Positions 1 to 10,597 of a stretch of DNA of 21,314 bases are shown piece by piece. This DNA comes from Anthoceros angustus. Taxonomy: Eukaryota; Plantae; Anthocerotophyta. The stretch is from contig VJWM01000395.1 in assembly GCA_010909165.1 (NCBI GenBank), forward strand, positions 1 to 21,314. The letters are read 5' to 3'. The position numbers and the translations under genes were made by a program. Position 1 is the first letter of the stretch. Each line of letters opens with the position of its first letter. The notes beneath the pieces are model-generated. The model did not search any database. It had not been told where the DNA came from and saw only the letters and a program-made list of their open reading frames with translations.

Positions 1-470
1 GGACATAGCAATTGATGCTTCCCGAGCCGTGATGTGGCCTCGCGTAGGTTCCTGCCCGCCCCTATCCCTACCATAAACCAAGATGTCATCAAGGTAGACC
101 AAAATACCTTTGTTGATTAGGCCATGAAAACATCGCTCATGAGCGTTTGAATGATGGGGGCGTTTGTCATGCCAAACGACATAACAAGCCACTCATAGTG
201 GCCATACCTGGTATTAAAGGCCGTCTTCTCCTCATCTCCAGCAGCAATCCTGATCTGATGGTAGCCACTACCTAAGTCCAACTTTGAGAAGTAGCGGGCC
301 CCTGCCAGTCCCTCCAACAATTCATCAATGCGAGGGAGAGGAAATGTATTCTTCTTAGTGAGGTTGTTCAACCCCCGATAGTCAATACACATGCGTAAAT
401 ACCGTTCTTCTTACGCGAAAACAAAATGGGTGCCCCATATGGCGATTTGGAAGGTCTTATGTAGCCCTTG
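1..470 (-). pseudogene. Ty3/Gypsy reverse transcriptase (frameshifted, runs off the window)
   Basis: ORF 117-392 reads CIDYRGLN...PLPRIDELL...[15 protein letters not shown]...[23 protein letters not shown]. The catalytic ILVYLDDILVY is at ~106-74 in another frame, and SPYGAPILF is at ~445-420. Confidence 0.97.
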
Positions 471-799
471 CGTAGCAGCTCTTCCACCTGCAAAGTTGAC
501 TCCTGAATTTCCAACGGGGACATCCGATATACTGGTCGATAGGGGGTTTATGAAATCCTGGCACAAGCTCAATCCGATGGTCAACACTCCTGGATGGTGG
601 CAACCCCGCAGGCAGGGTGTTGACAAGGACGTCCTGGAAATCAGTCATGATTTGAGTAATCCCAGCATCACCTTCAGGGGCAACAAGCTTGTCGGGTCGT
701 GTAGGGCAGAGCCTCTCCTTGATGACAAACAGGGTCATCCCGTGCCCTCCCCTCTTCTTGATGCTCCTCCGCATGCTCGTGGTCGAAACCTTCTGAAAT

Positions 800-1040
800 C
801 TAACCTTACCACCGCTGCGGAGCTGCTCACCCTTTCACAGTACGCTCCCATCCGTAGGTTTACGGGCGTGTGTAGTCTACCATTAGCTAATTGCACCCCA
901 CAGTGCTCGCCGATTCAGCACGCCTTCCTTGCAAAACAATGGGACAGGAAATTAGTACTCGGACCGCAATCGATCAAGATTCGGCAAGGTATCCCGTTGA
1001 TATGGCTCGCATGAATAATTGTCGTATCTCGAGGCTTGGC
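800..1040 (-). pseudogene. Gypsy retropepsin-like aspartic protease
   Basis: INGIPCRILIDCGPSTNFLS matches the LID(S/C)GA(S/T)xNF active-site pattern and lies between gag and RT. GLPPSRSVDHRIEL (ORF 457-774) is the typical PR-RT linker. Confidence 0.88.
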
Positions 1041-1778
1041 CGTTTGACGCCGGCGGTGCCCCCGCCAACATGCGACCCTACCGCTGCTGGGGGCCCGTTT
1101 CGATGTCCGCAACGCCCGCAAGGATTCATTTCACTTCCATTTCCTCCGTTGTTATGGAACCGCCTTCCTCCACGTCCGCCTCCTGAGTCTGCGTGGCGCC
1201 GCGCGATGTCACCGCTGCGGTATAGCCGCACGGAATGCCTCGAATACTGTCTGAGCTCCATCGGAGTGGCCTCCCCGGGCCCCGAACGTCCCTGGCTTGT
1301 ACCAGCCTTAAACTCGCGGATACACGGCGATCATGATCTCCTCGAATGTCTTGCACTTGGCGTGCATCACCACATCCTTCCGCATGCTTGCGTATAGGAG
1401 TACCGATCCAACTTCTCCTCATCCGTCATCCTAGGGATACTCATTACCAGCCGACACTCGGTTGGTGTAGGTCTTGGAAACTGCGGGCAGTATGCGAGCT
1501 TCTCCCTAACGACCTGTCGTCCCTCGACAGGCACAAACTTAGCACGCACCATCTGTAAGAACTCGGCGGGTAGGTCGGGGCCACCTCCCGCGTGTCACCG
1601 CATCTAAAAATTGAACCCACCATAGCAGGGCAGCTCCTTAAGAAACGTGGGCTACTCTCACATCACGAGGTCCGTCACGAGTTCTAGATAGGCTCGTGTG
1701 GTAGGGAAAACCCGGCTTCCGAGATCCTCCCACTTAGCGGCTACACTTATCCCACCTGTCAGACGCTTTCGGCCCCAT
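1041..1778 (-). pseudogene. Gypsy gag (retrotransposon capsid), frameshifted
   Basis: ATG at 1778. Fragments such as MVRAKFVPVEGRQVVREKL, LVMSIPRMTDEEKLDRY and EEMEV (resembling the PMEL motif) lie directly upstream of the protease. Confidence 0.8.
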
Positions 1779-1999
1779 GAGACTGTGGAAAGTTCGAGGC
1801 CTGGACCGATCACCGCAGACACAACTTCTTTCTAAACAAGCAAGGCGCTACTCACCCTCTTACGACCTGCACCACTTGCACTCAAAATCACCAACACTCG
1901 ACCTACAACGACAACACAATTGCAGTCCCGCCTTAGCAACAGGGAGCCTATCACGGCGCCTGTGGACCCCGATCCACACCGCATTGTCCCTACTTAAGA

Positions 2000-3973
2000 C
2001 CACTCTTCTCCACCTGTGAGCGCTTTACTTGCAGCATTTGGGATTCGGCCCCTTAGGCTCGCCTCGGCCTTCCGCCAACGCCTACACTCTTCCTCTACTC
2101 ATCTCCTCATCCTCTTCCTCCTATTCTAACCTCGGCACTGGGTTTCGACCGCCTTACGGCACAACCGCCTGGGTCGGCCTCCACCAAAGAAGTTCTTCCT
2201 TGGGCTTGCTATGAGTTTGACACTGACAATGAGAACCTCCAGGAGTCTTTCCCGTAGTCTACCCTCAAGCCGAGAGTTCCCCGGCATTGCCACACACCCA
2301 AAGCAAAGCAATTTCACAAAGAACCATTCACAAGGGGAGCAACTGCTTAGGCACTTGCAAGGAGCAAGTCCTCCACCAAGCACTCCGACCACCGCGACTT
2401 CCTCTCTACCAGACGTGCTGGCTCACAAATAAATTCCTTAGAATGGCAAAGGACTCGAGTGGAAGCGCAAGACGTGATATTTTACTTTGTGAAATCCTCC
2501 TCCTCTTATAGGAGGCCTTCCACATACATCCTCCCTTAGGTGACCCTACCGCAGTCACCTTTTCCAATATTCTATTATTTCCTACCGCCAAAGATTTAAT
2601 GCCCTGCACCTAAGTCTATTGTCCGATCCTTGGTAAATTCTATTCTAGTAACTTCACCTAAGATCATCCTTAAAGGATGTCACCACCTCACCTATCCTTT
2701 CTATTATTCCTATCATTTATGGTCTTTGACCATATCTAGTCTTCATCACCGGGTTAGTGATGTGTGGATTGGCTCCCGCCTCCTTTTGCTCTTGCCCCTT
2801 CCATTGTCATCTTCCCAATGGGGCAAGTACAATCTGCCCCTTCCCCATCTCCGCGGTGGCGCCTGATTCCTCCGGTCCTCCAGCAATCGGCCCCCGCGCC
2901 AGCGCCTTCTTCAGCCCCCGCCACCGGTCGCTCCTTTATCGCACTACTGTAGTGGCGATCATCGGTAGGCCGACTACCTATGGTAGTCTGATCCTTCTCC
3001 CCTTCTTCCTCTTATTCTTCATCAGCGATGTCTCTTGGGTGGAGATCCTCCTTGCTCCTTTCCTCCTTGATTTGTCCATACCTATCATGGAGCATTTCAA
3101 AGAGTCTTTTTCCCCCAATCGCCGCCATGTCTAATCTTCGGGCCCTTTTGCATCGCTCTCTCCGGCCTGCTCTTTATCCGATGAGGGAATTCTCACCTCC
3201 TCCTTCTCCTCGTCGGACCCCGCCCTGGTCTCTCCGTGGATTTCTCCCACCTCCTCTTCTATTCCCGAGGGGTGTCCACTAGCCCCCCGGCTCCTTCAGC
3301 CCAGCCTCCGCTCGACTCCCAAGCCGCCAGCTTGTTCTTCTACCCCTAGTCCGCGACCACGAGGTGGGTTCACCACGGTAGTCCGCGGCATCATGGTGGT
3401 AGTGGTCACCCACCGTGGTAGGGTGACCGAGGGCGGGGCCCCCCCTCCTTGCCTCACGCCATCCTTCTCCCCCGCCCTTCTCCACCTTCCGACTCCCAGA
3501 TTCCTGAGTCCATGTCACTTGTAGCCTCGAAGTCTGAGGCTTCCTGCACTTGCTGCAGCCCTTCCATCATCATGAGGACCTATTGTCCTCCTCTTGGCCA
3601 ACCGTAGATCTCATTGTTGGCCTTCAAAATCATTATGGAGGTGAGCCCCTAAGCTATGATATTGCATTTGAGATCATCAATCCGTGGGCCACTCTCCATC
3701 CTCACACCTACCCTTGTAGGCCTCCTCATGGTGGTCAATTCTCCCACCTTGACATGGAGGGTCACATTCTCCTCCCTTGCTTCCTTCACTGGCCAATTTC
3801 ACCAAGGGCATAGTCCGCCCAAAACCTTCCTCACCACCAAGATCTATGCACCACCCTCTTGTGGTGCTCCTCCTCTTGGGACCTTCTCCGCTCCAGGTCC
3901 ACCAATTGTTTTGCAAGCCCTTCCCTTTAAACCAATCACCCTCAAGGCTCCAATTCCTGCGATTCTTGGTCTT
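2000..3973 (-). pseudogene. Accessory ORF A, C-terminal part (unknown function; globular domain, acidic linker, charged or coiled-coil-like region)
   Basis: Purine-rich minus strand with chained ORF fragments (3677-4006, 3279-3518, 2406-2609, 2126-2392). It is in frame with ORF 10592-10789 across the Copia insertion. The end point is approximate. Confidence 0.55.
3968..3973. repeat. Target-site duplication GGTCTT, left copy (right copy at 10598-10603)
   Basis: GGTCTT immediately precedes TGCTAA at 3974 and immediately follows TAGCA at 10597. Confidence 0.9.
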
Positions 3974-4125
3974 TGCTAATAAGGCGTGCTTGTAAAACAA
4001 AAGCATTAATTAATAAAGAGAAAGGTGCTCTTATATACAAAATTGTTAATGTGTCTCTTGGGTTAACTACTTAACTGAAGTATATTAACTGTAGTACAAG
4101 CTATGGTAGGGTTTTATCCCCAACA
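3974..4125 (-). repeat. 3' LTR of Copia-1 (~152 bp)
   Basis: TG...CA termini; direct repeat of 10447-10597, including an exact run of ~70 bp (AAACAAAAGCATTAATT...TCTCTTGGGT); minus-strand TATATAA at 4037-4031. Confidence 0.93.
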
Positions 4126-4135
4126 CTCCCACTAA
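4126..4135 (-). promoter_or_regulatory. Polypurine tract (degenerate) of Copia-1
   Basis: The minus strand reads TTAGTGGGAG then TGTTG, resembling the usual Copia GAGGGGGAG-TGTTG junction. Confidence 0.7.
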
Positions 4136-4199
4136 ACCTACATAGCTTATGCAACCATAGGTTTGAATAGAGCATCATTACATAGCATTACGCCCAGCT

Positions 4200-5067
4200 A
4201 CTCCCCTCTTGAACACGTACGCTCACATGGAGTTCCTGTTCACGACCCTCTTGTCATATGCACGTGCTAGGAGCAGGAATAACACAACGAGGACCCACCT
4301 GTGCCCACGCGGCAATTCCTCAGCCAGTGCGCACCACCAGAGGAGGGCAAGCGGCCACCGGACTGGACAGAGGCGTGGGCGCCCACAACAAGAGTGATTC
4401 AGCCGGCGCTACGCTCATGGCCAACGCACCGCCACCGCGCACTCGCCGCCCAGCCATAGAGTTGGACTGACGAATCCTCGAGCGCCTCTAAGGCATCACA
4501 AACACATCTTACGTGCCCAACTCAAGCGATGAGGAGGACGGCGGAGGCGACCCTCGTGGCGAGCTCGTGCTCTCGAAGACCTCATCGCCCACTGCTAGGC
4601 CGGTGGAAGCGTGTTTGCAACACTTGTGTAGAGATGGAGAAGCTTACGGACGCCATAAAGCAATTGAGGTGGCTGACAGCAGAGCGTAGAGGAGTCTGTG
4701 GAAAGAGCTGCACTGCTACCCAAGCTCTTGGCGACATTGACTGAGGAATAGAGGCGTCGTGGTTCTAGAGGCTGGTGTGTGTGTGCTACAGGCAGCAGTG
4801 CCCTGTGCGCAAAAAGCTCTACCACATGTAAATTCCTACCTAAACCATGTGCTGCTTCGCCTAGAATTTTCATTGAGCTTCATCCGCAGACATGACCCAC
4901 CAGGCGTGACTGTGCAGAATGGACTTGAACCTAGGGTGGCACCTCGTGAAGGCCGGGCCTAATGGAAGTTGTGGCATGAGCCACCAAGGTGCAACCTCTC
5001 GGTGGTGTGCACAAACCCAGAGACTGCTAGTGCAGTCCTCCAGTAATGAATGTAGCCGGTGAGACAT
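4200..5067. other. Extra ~0.9-kb coding-like segment between RNase H and the PPT of Copia-1 (strand unresolved)
   Basis: GC-rich, with ORF fragments on both strands: minus 4870-5067 and 4595-4873; plus 4529-4744 and 4759-4962. No recognisable motif. Confidence 0.45.
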
Positions 5068-5089
5068 GCTAGGGATATTTAACTCCTTG

Positions 5090-5530
5090 AGACCTAAATG
5101 TCTGAAAGTGTTTGGCTTTGGGAAGCCCTTGGTAAATATGTCCGCGATTTAAATGTGCTAACATACTCAACCTTGACTATGTCGGATTCGGTGTGTCCCT
5201 AATGTAGTGATGATAGAGTTCTATATGCTTGGTTCTGGCATGAAACCTAGGGTTGGAGACAAGGGCAATTGCGCTCATGTTGTCACATAGCAGCAGTGTT
5301 GGACCTGTCTGTGCTTGATTCACTGACTCCAGAAACTGTCTCTCCCACTCAGCTTCTTTGCAGGCATCGGTGAGAGCTTTATACTCAGCTTCGGTAGACG
5401 AGAGTGCCAAGGAAGTCTGCTTCTTGCAGCTCCAGCTGATAGTACCAGACACCAAAAGGAAACAGTATGCAGACAGACTCTTCCTGGTGTCCGCATCAGA
5501 GGCCCAGTCAGCATCGGCATATGAGATAAG
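5090..5530 (-). pseudogene. Copia RNase H
   Basis: YADADWASDADTRKS, ISWSCKKQTSLALSSTEAEYKAL, CDNMSAI, FHARTKHIELYHHYIR, ADIFTK (5145-5128). Confidence 0.97.
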
Positions 5531-6567
5531 TTCTAGCTTGTTACTCCCACTGCTGGTGTATTGCAGACCATATGAGATGGTACCTTTTAGATATCTGTAA
5601 ATCCTCTTGACCGCTGCCCAATGCTGTCGTCCAGGAGACTTCAAAAACTGTGAGACCATCGAGGCCAGGAGTAGCGATGTCGTCTTGTCACTTTGCCAAA
5701 AGATCGACCAATGCCTGCATAAGGAACAAGTTGCATGTCCTCAAGTTCACGTTCATTCTGAGGGGACATGGCAGCTGTAAGTTTCTCCCCACCGCAGGGA
5801 GGGTGACTCGTCTTGCCTCGTCGAGTGAAACCTTTAAGTATCTCCGTATACTTGCTTTGATGTAATGTGACGACCATGGGATCGTTTACGAGGATCTGTA
5901 TACCCGTAATTGTAGATCACCACAGTCGGTTGGTCATCTAATTCTCGCACATGTCCTTCACCTTATCAAGCTATTCAGTACTATTACTAAGAAGCACACA
6001 GTCGTCAACATAAAGAGCTAGAATGACGAACAGTGAGCCATCAGCAAGGTAAAAAACATTAGTGTCTGCAGGGGACTGGAGGAAACCAAGCTTGCGAAGA
6101 TACTTCATTATCCGCTTGTACCAAGCACGAGGTGATTGTTTAAGACCATATATCGTTTTCAACAGCTTGCACACCTTCTGAGCTGTTTGTAGACTGATGT
6201 ACCCTTGTGGTCATGTATGCTGGGGTCTAGTTCCCCATGCAAAAGGCGACACACATCCATTTGTTGTACCTCCGCATCTGCATCACGCCATAGCCAAGAG
6301 AATCCGAACAGAAGGTGGCTTTACTACTGGTGAGAAAGTGTCACCATAATCTATGCCGGGAATTTGGCTAAATCCACGAGCAACCAGGCGAGATTTGTAT
6401 CTAGCGATCGTCCCATCTGCTTTCAACTTCGTCTTAAACACCCATTTGCAGCTAATGGGCTTCCTGCCTTCAGGTAAGTCCACGAGCTCCCAGGTGTTGT
6501 TTTTTAAGAGTGAAGCATACTCATCATCCATTGTTGAGGGCCATGGGGCCATTAATAGCCTCTTCAT
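5531..6567 (-). pseudogene. Copia reverse transcriptase (RVT_2 type), frameshifted
   Basis: NNTWELVDLPEGRKPISCKWVFK.K...YKSRLVARGFSQIPGIDY.DTFSPV, LLKTIYGLKQSPRAWY, catalytic LYVDD, HWAAVKRIYRYLKGT. Confidence 0.97.
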
Positions 6568-7059
6568 CGTTTGTGGTCCGGGCGAACTTGTGTACGGTGA
6601 AGTCGCAACATGAGCTTGAGAGCCTCGTAAAAATCAAGTGCCCGGTAAGGTGGTTCCGGTGCTCACGTGAACGCCACCACGTGTAGGATATCCGGTTCAT
6701 CAACCACGAGGCTCGTCATAGTACTCCCCACCGCTTGGACACGGAATTCACCATCCGATAACCGGCTATTTCATCGGATCGAGAGAACCTGGAATCAATA
6801 TTCATCAACCGTCGAAGAAACCTCGGGTCAACATGTGGCCGCCCGCTTTGATCCTCAAGATCGACATGGCGGTGAAAGTCCTCGCCATCCGAATCTGAGT
6901 ACCATTCACTGCGGTTGTTGAACCAATGGTTGAGGTGAAACTTGGTTTGCTGCATCAAGTATGACTAAGCCTGAGCTGTCCTCTTCATCAGGTACTTGTA
7001 ACTCTGCAGCAGCAGGAACTGGTATATCTGTCCCGAAATATGTTAAAGTCTGCCCCCTT

Positions 7060-7930
7060 GGAGTAGTAAGCTCGTCAAAGGTAACACTACGTGCCAACAC
7101 CACCTTATGGGTTGCAGGCTCATACAGGTTATATGCCTTTGAAACTTCTGAATAGCCAAGAAAAAGCAAGGGCCTAGCCCTGTCATCTAACTTGCGCCTC
7201 TTCTGTTTAGGAATATATGCATATGCTGTGGAGCCGAACACCCGCAGATGCAGCAAGCTGGGCTTCTTCTTCCAGAACGCCTCATAGGGAGTTTTGCCAG
7301 GTAATGAAGTTGTCAGAACTCTGTTAAGTATGTAGGTCGCAGTTGTAAGGGCTTCTGCCCAGTAGTATTTGGGCAAACCCGCCCATCCAAGCATGCTCCT
7401 TGTCATACCCATCAGAGTCTGGTTCTTACGTTCGGCTACTCCGTTTTGTTGCTGAGTATATGGAATGGCAAGCTGGCGAATGATCCCATGAGCTGCAAAT
7501 AGCACATCATATTGGCGACCAACGAACTCCCCACCGTTGTCAGTGCGAAAGCACTTCACCAGATTACCAGTTTGTCTCTGTACCATAGAAATCCAGGTTT
7601 CTATACACTCGAAAGCATCACTCTTGAGGCGAAGTGGGAAGACCCAAGTGTAGCGAGAGTAATCGTCCGTTAAGGTGAGATAATACTCTGCGCCACCCAG
7701 TGACTTAACTCAGCCGCAATGTCGGCATGTATGAGGTCCGACGCCGAGCCCTCACATGCTGTTTGTTTTGAAGGAAGCTCCTCGCTTTGAGAGGACACAA
7801 AGGCGCGGGCGATGTACTGCTTGAAATAGGAGGCGTTCTCATAAATGTCAGGTGAAGACATAAGGTTCAACTTTTCCCTTATTTACATATCCAAGCTAGC
7901 ATGCAAGACTTGCTTCAGAGGTGGTTGAGG
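7060..7930 (-). pseudogene. Copia integrase (rve core plus SH3-like C-terminal region)
   Basis: DLIHADI, LTLTDDYSRYTWVFPL, FRTDNGGEF, PYTQQQNGVAERKNQTL, YWAEALTTATYILNR, LRVFGS.AY.YIPKQKRRKLD. Confidence 0.97.
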
Positions 7931-7989
7931 TAAAATATAAGCCTGCGTGGTTTAATCGATATAGCTCATTTACCAACTGACCTCTAGCA

Positions 7990-8290
7990 ATACACTTTCT
8001 CTGTGCAGACAGGTCATCTGATGACGCCCGGCCTCGAAGGAGAGAACCATACTTTCCAGTTGGTGGGCGCCCTAATCGGCAGCCAAATTTTTCGACATGG
8101 CAGGGACATAGAGAACATCCTCCAGACAATTTCGGACCCATCGCCCAAGGGCGGTAAAGATCATTCCATTCAGTCGTCTATGCCTCTAGAGTCCCCCACA
8201 TAAACTGACTGTGCTGGGACATCTGTTTTGATTGTGTAAAACAGATCTTTGTTACGTACAGACACGTACTTGGAATCTATAAACCAAGAG
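7990..8290 (-). pseudogene. Copia aspartic protease, degenerate
   Basis: NSWFIDS at ~8290-8272 (W.IDSG motif), located between the zinc knuckle and the integrase. Confidence 0.7.
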
Positions 8291-8429
8291 TTTGACGGAT
8301 CGGTGATCGGCGACAAGCGTATTCTTTATTAGACAATCGAGTAAGCTTTTGTGGAGAAGATCCTTGTCCTTGGCGGCAACATGTGCAATGTCGAGGATCC
8401 TTACTTTGGGTCTCAGACTTTTTCTTTGC

Positions 8430-9414
8430 GGGCGGGTCCCTCGGTGACCAGCAATTTGGCACCAATTGCACGTACCCTGCCGTTTGATGGAGGGAGATGA
8501 GTTCGAGCCACCAGAACCGCTAGGCTGCTGGTGAGTCTTCTTTTCTTTCCCCCTTCCCTTTACAAACGGCTTGCCTTTTGCCGCAAAAAGAACCTTTTCT
8601 CCTCTTGCTCGAGAGCCCTGACCTGGTTTGTGTCTGCTGGCTTCCTCTTGCAGGAGAGCCCCAACAACAGTGTTCAGGTTCAGGTTATAAGGTTGATTAG
8701 CGGCGGTGGCGCCTGTGCAGAGAGGGCAGTCGAGATAAACGTTTGGTAGGATGAGGGCAAGGCGGCTGTAAAGGGCAAACCATTTTGACCTCAATGATCT
8801 TGGCACCTAGCGCAGCTAATTGTGCTCGCAGAAGCCTCAACTTGGTAATTCCTGGTCCCACGAGGTCTCCTTCCCTTATCCTGAACGAGTGGAAATCACT
8901 TCGCAGATTCATCAAGGTACACACATTACATGCCTTATGTCAGGTCCCGATGAGTCCGCTTTGTCTTTGTGTCTAGGAACTCAACCTCAATGTCAGAATA
9001 GCATCCAAATCGGCATAAGCACAAAGCTACTTTGTTCCCTTTGTCCCATTTCGCCTTCTCATCTGTTGTTGGTTGATTTGCAGCTGTAGATGGGACCAAG
9101 TGTGGATTGGCGATGCTCCCATCGACGTACTCCCAAACATCCCTCGCGTTCAGATTTGCTTGCATTCGTGCTCTCCAGCTCTCGTAGTTAACAGGTTTGC
9201 CATCAAACCGATCTTTTTCTTTGAATTCACCAGAATATGTGCCGGCTTGAGCAACGGAACCCATGTTAACAGGAGATGGTACTCCTAAATGTGGGGGAGG
9301 GTTGAATGCAGGAAATTGAGACTGCAGGGATTGAAGAAAGGAGACTGCTGTGGCTAAATCCTCATCCGAGTCACTATCAGAATCCCCAAACAGCCAACCC
9401 AAGTCATACGACAT
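8430..9414 (-). pseudogene. Copia gag with acidic N-terminal extension
   Basis: FDGKPVNYESWRARMQANL.ARDVWEYVDGS (N-terminal Copia gag motif), LNTVVGALLQEE, and the zinc knuckle start CNWCQIAGH. Candidate ATGs at 9414 and 9264. Confidence 0.9.
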
Positions 9415-9599
9415 GAGAGAAAATGAAACGACATCTAAAAGAGGTACGTGACGTTTCTGCAGTGCTGTTTTTAGGGTTAGATACGAAAATGTGCAAACTA
9501 ACATGAAGCAGTGATCATGAATTCGGCTGTGTGGGGACTCATCAACCGCCAACCTAGGCAAAGAGTCTTTGATTGACCGAGTCTGGCCAAGGCGACCCG

Positions 9600-10258
9600 C
9601 GACTACTTAGCGATCCCTCGTGATTGAAGCTGGGATCCAGTCGAGGCGCGCCTGGATCGATCGCCCACTACGACGCCATGGATGGGTCCTCGCGTGTAGG
9701 CACCAAGGTCGGCAAGTGGTGGCAACCAGAGCTCGTGCGGCATAAAGGTCAATTAGCACGCTCCAATCTCAAGGTGAGGGCTACGAAATGAAGTGGTCGA
9801 ACACTCTGGAGCAAATCGTGCACCACGAAAAGGCGTTCTTCCTGTTGAAGCAAAAGAGATTGTCCTCTGCAGACTTGTGCGAGAAGGATCTCCTCAGCGC
9901 TGGTAACTCTCATGCGCAAAGCTTCCAGCCTGAGATCCGGTATTGAGCCACAGGTATTAAACCTTCCTTCAAGATCTGATGTTGAGTCTGTGTGTCGCAA
10001 TCTATTGAGAATTCTTCTGCAGGTGCTGTAGGGGTGCGGAGATGGGGCTCTCTCCTCCAAGTTGAGCTGGTGGGATCTTGTCGTTGGAGGAGGTGATGTC
10101 CAGTTGACGGCCGCGCTTGAGAATGCACCCACGTGAGCCACCTTGATGCTCAACTTGCTGTGGACGATTCCTGTGCTGCCTACCCACAAAATTGTGAGAA
10201 GGGCTCATCAGGACGTCGCCCACATCTCCGCGTCATGATGTAGAATCCACAGACTCAT
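9600..10258 (-). pseudogene. Leader ORF upstream of gag in Copia-1 (unknown function)
   Basis: ATG at 10258 follows an AT-rich leader. A 146-codon open frame (9749-10189) contains the amphipathic stretch LEALRMRVTSAEEILLAQV...LQQEERLFVVHDLLQSV. Confidence 0.5.
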
Positions 10259-10434
10259 TTACAATCCCATTTAATTTAGAATATAATAACACTATCTAGA
10301 GTGCAGGCAAAGATGAATTACTAGTCACACAATCACACATTCCTCTGAGAGAGATTTTTGTATTATGTGATTAGATAAATTATCTATGCTAATAGCATTC
10401 TAGAATCAAAGCTAAATGGATCGATAGAAATGGT

Positions 10435-10446
10435 GCTGCGATACCA
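10435..10446 (-). promoter_or_regulatory. Primer-binding site, tRNA-iMet-like
   Basis: Minus-strand TGGTATCGCAGC abuts the 5' LTR; the plant consensus is TGGTATCAGAGC. Confidence 0.85.
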
Positions 10447-10597
10447 TGCTAAACGCTAAGCAAGGTTGTAAACAAAAGCATTAATTAATAAAGAGAAAGG
10501 TGCTCTTATATACAAAATTGTTAATGTGTCTCTTGGGTCAATTCATTTAACTGAAGTATATTAATCAGTACAAGCTATGGTAGGGTTTTATCTAGCA
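10447..10597 (-). repeat. 5' LTR of Copia-1 (~151 bp)
   Basis: TGCTA...TAGCA inverted termini; direct repeat of 3974-4125; adjacent to the PBS and the TSD. Confidence 0.93.

Larger units (their letters stand above)
3974..10597 (-). mobile_element. Full-length Ty1/Copia LTR retrotransposon (~6.6 kb, Copia-1)
   Basis: Paired LTRs, TSD, PBS, PPT and the Copia domain order gag-PR-IN-RT-RNase H. Confidence 0.96.

Noticed and set aside
391-1014. 207-aa plus-strand ORF and similar plus-strand ORFs over 1-1560
   Set aside because: Antisense shadows of the Gypsy gag-pol with no motifs of their own.
5062-5071. Sirevirus-type TAG-CARYYA readthrough signal
   Set aside because: The sequence is TAGCATGTC, which does not fit the consensus, and the TAG is out of frame with RNase H as read.
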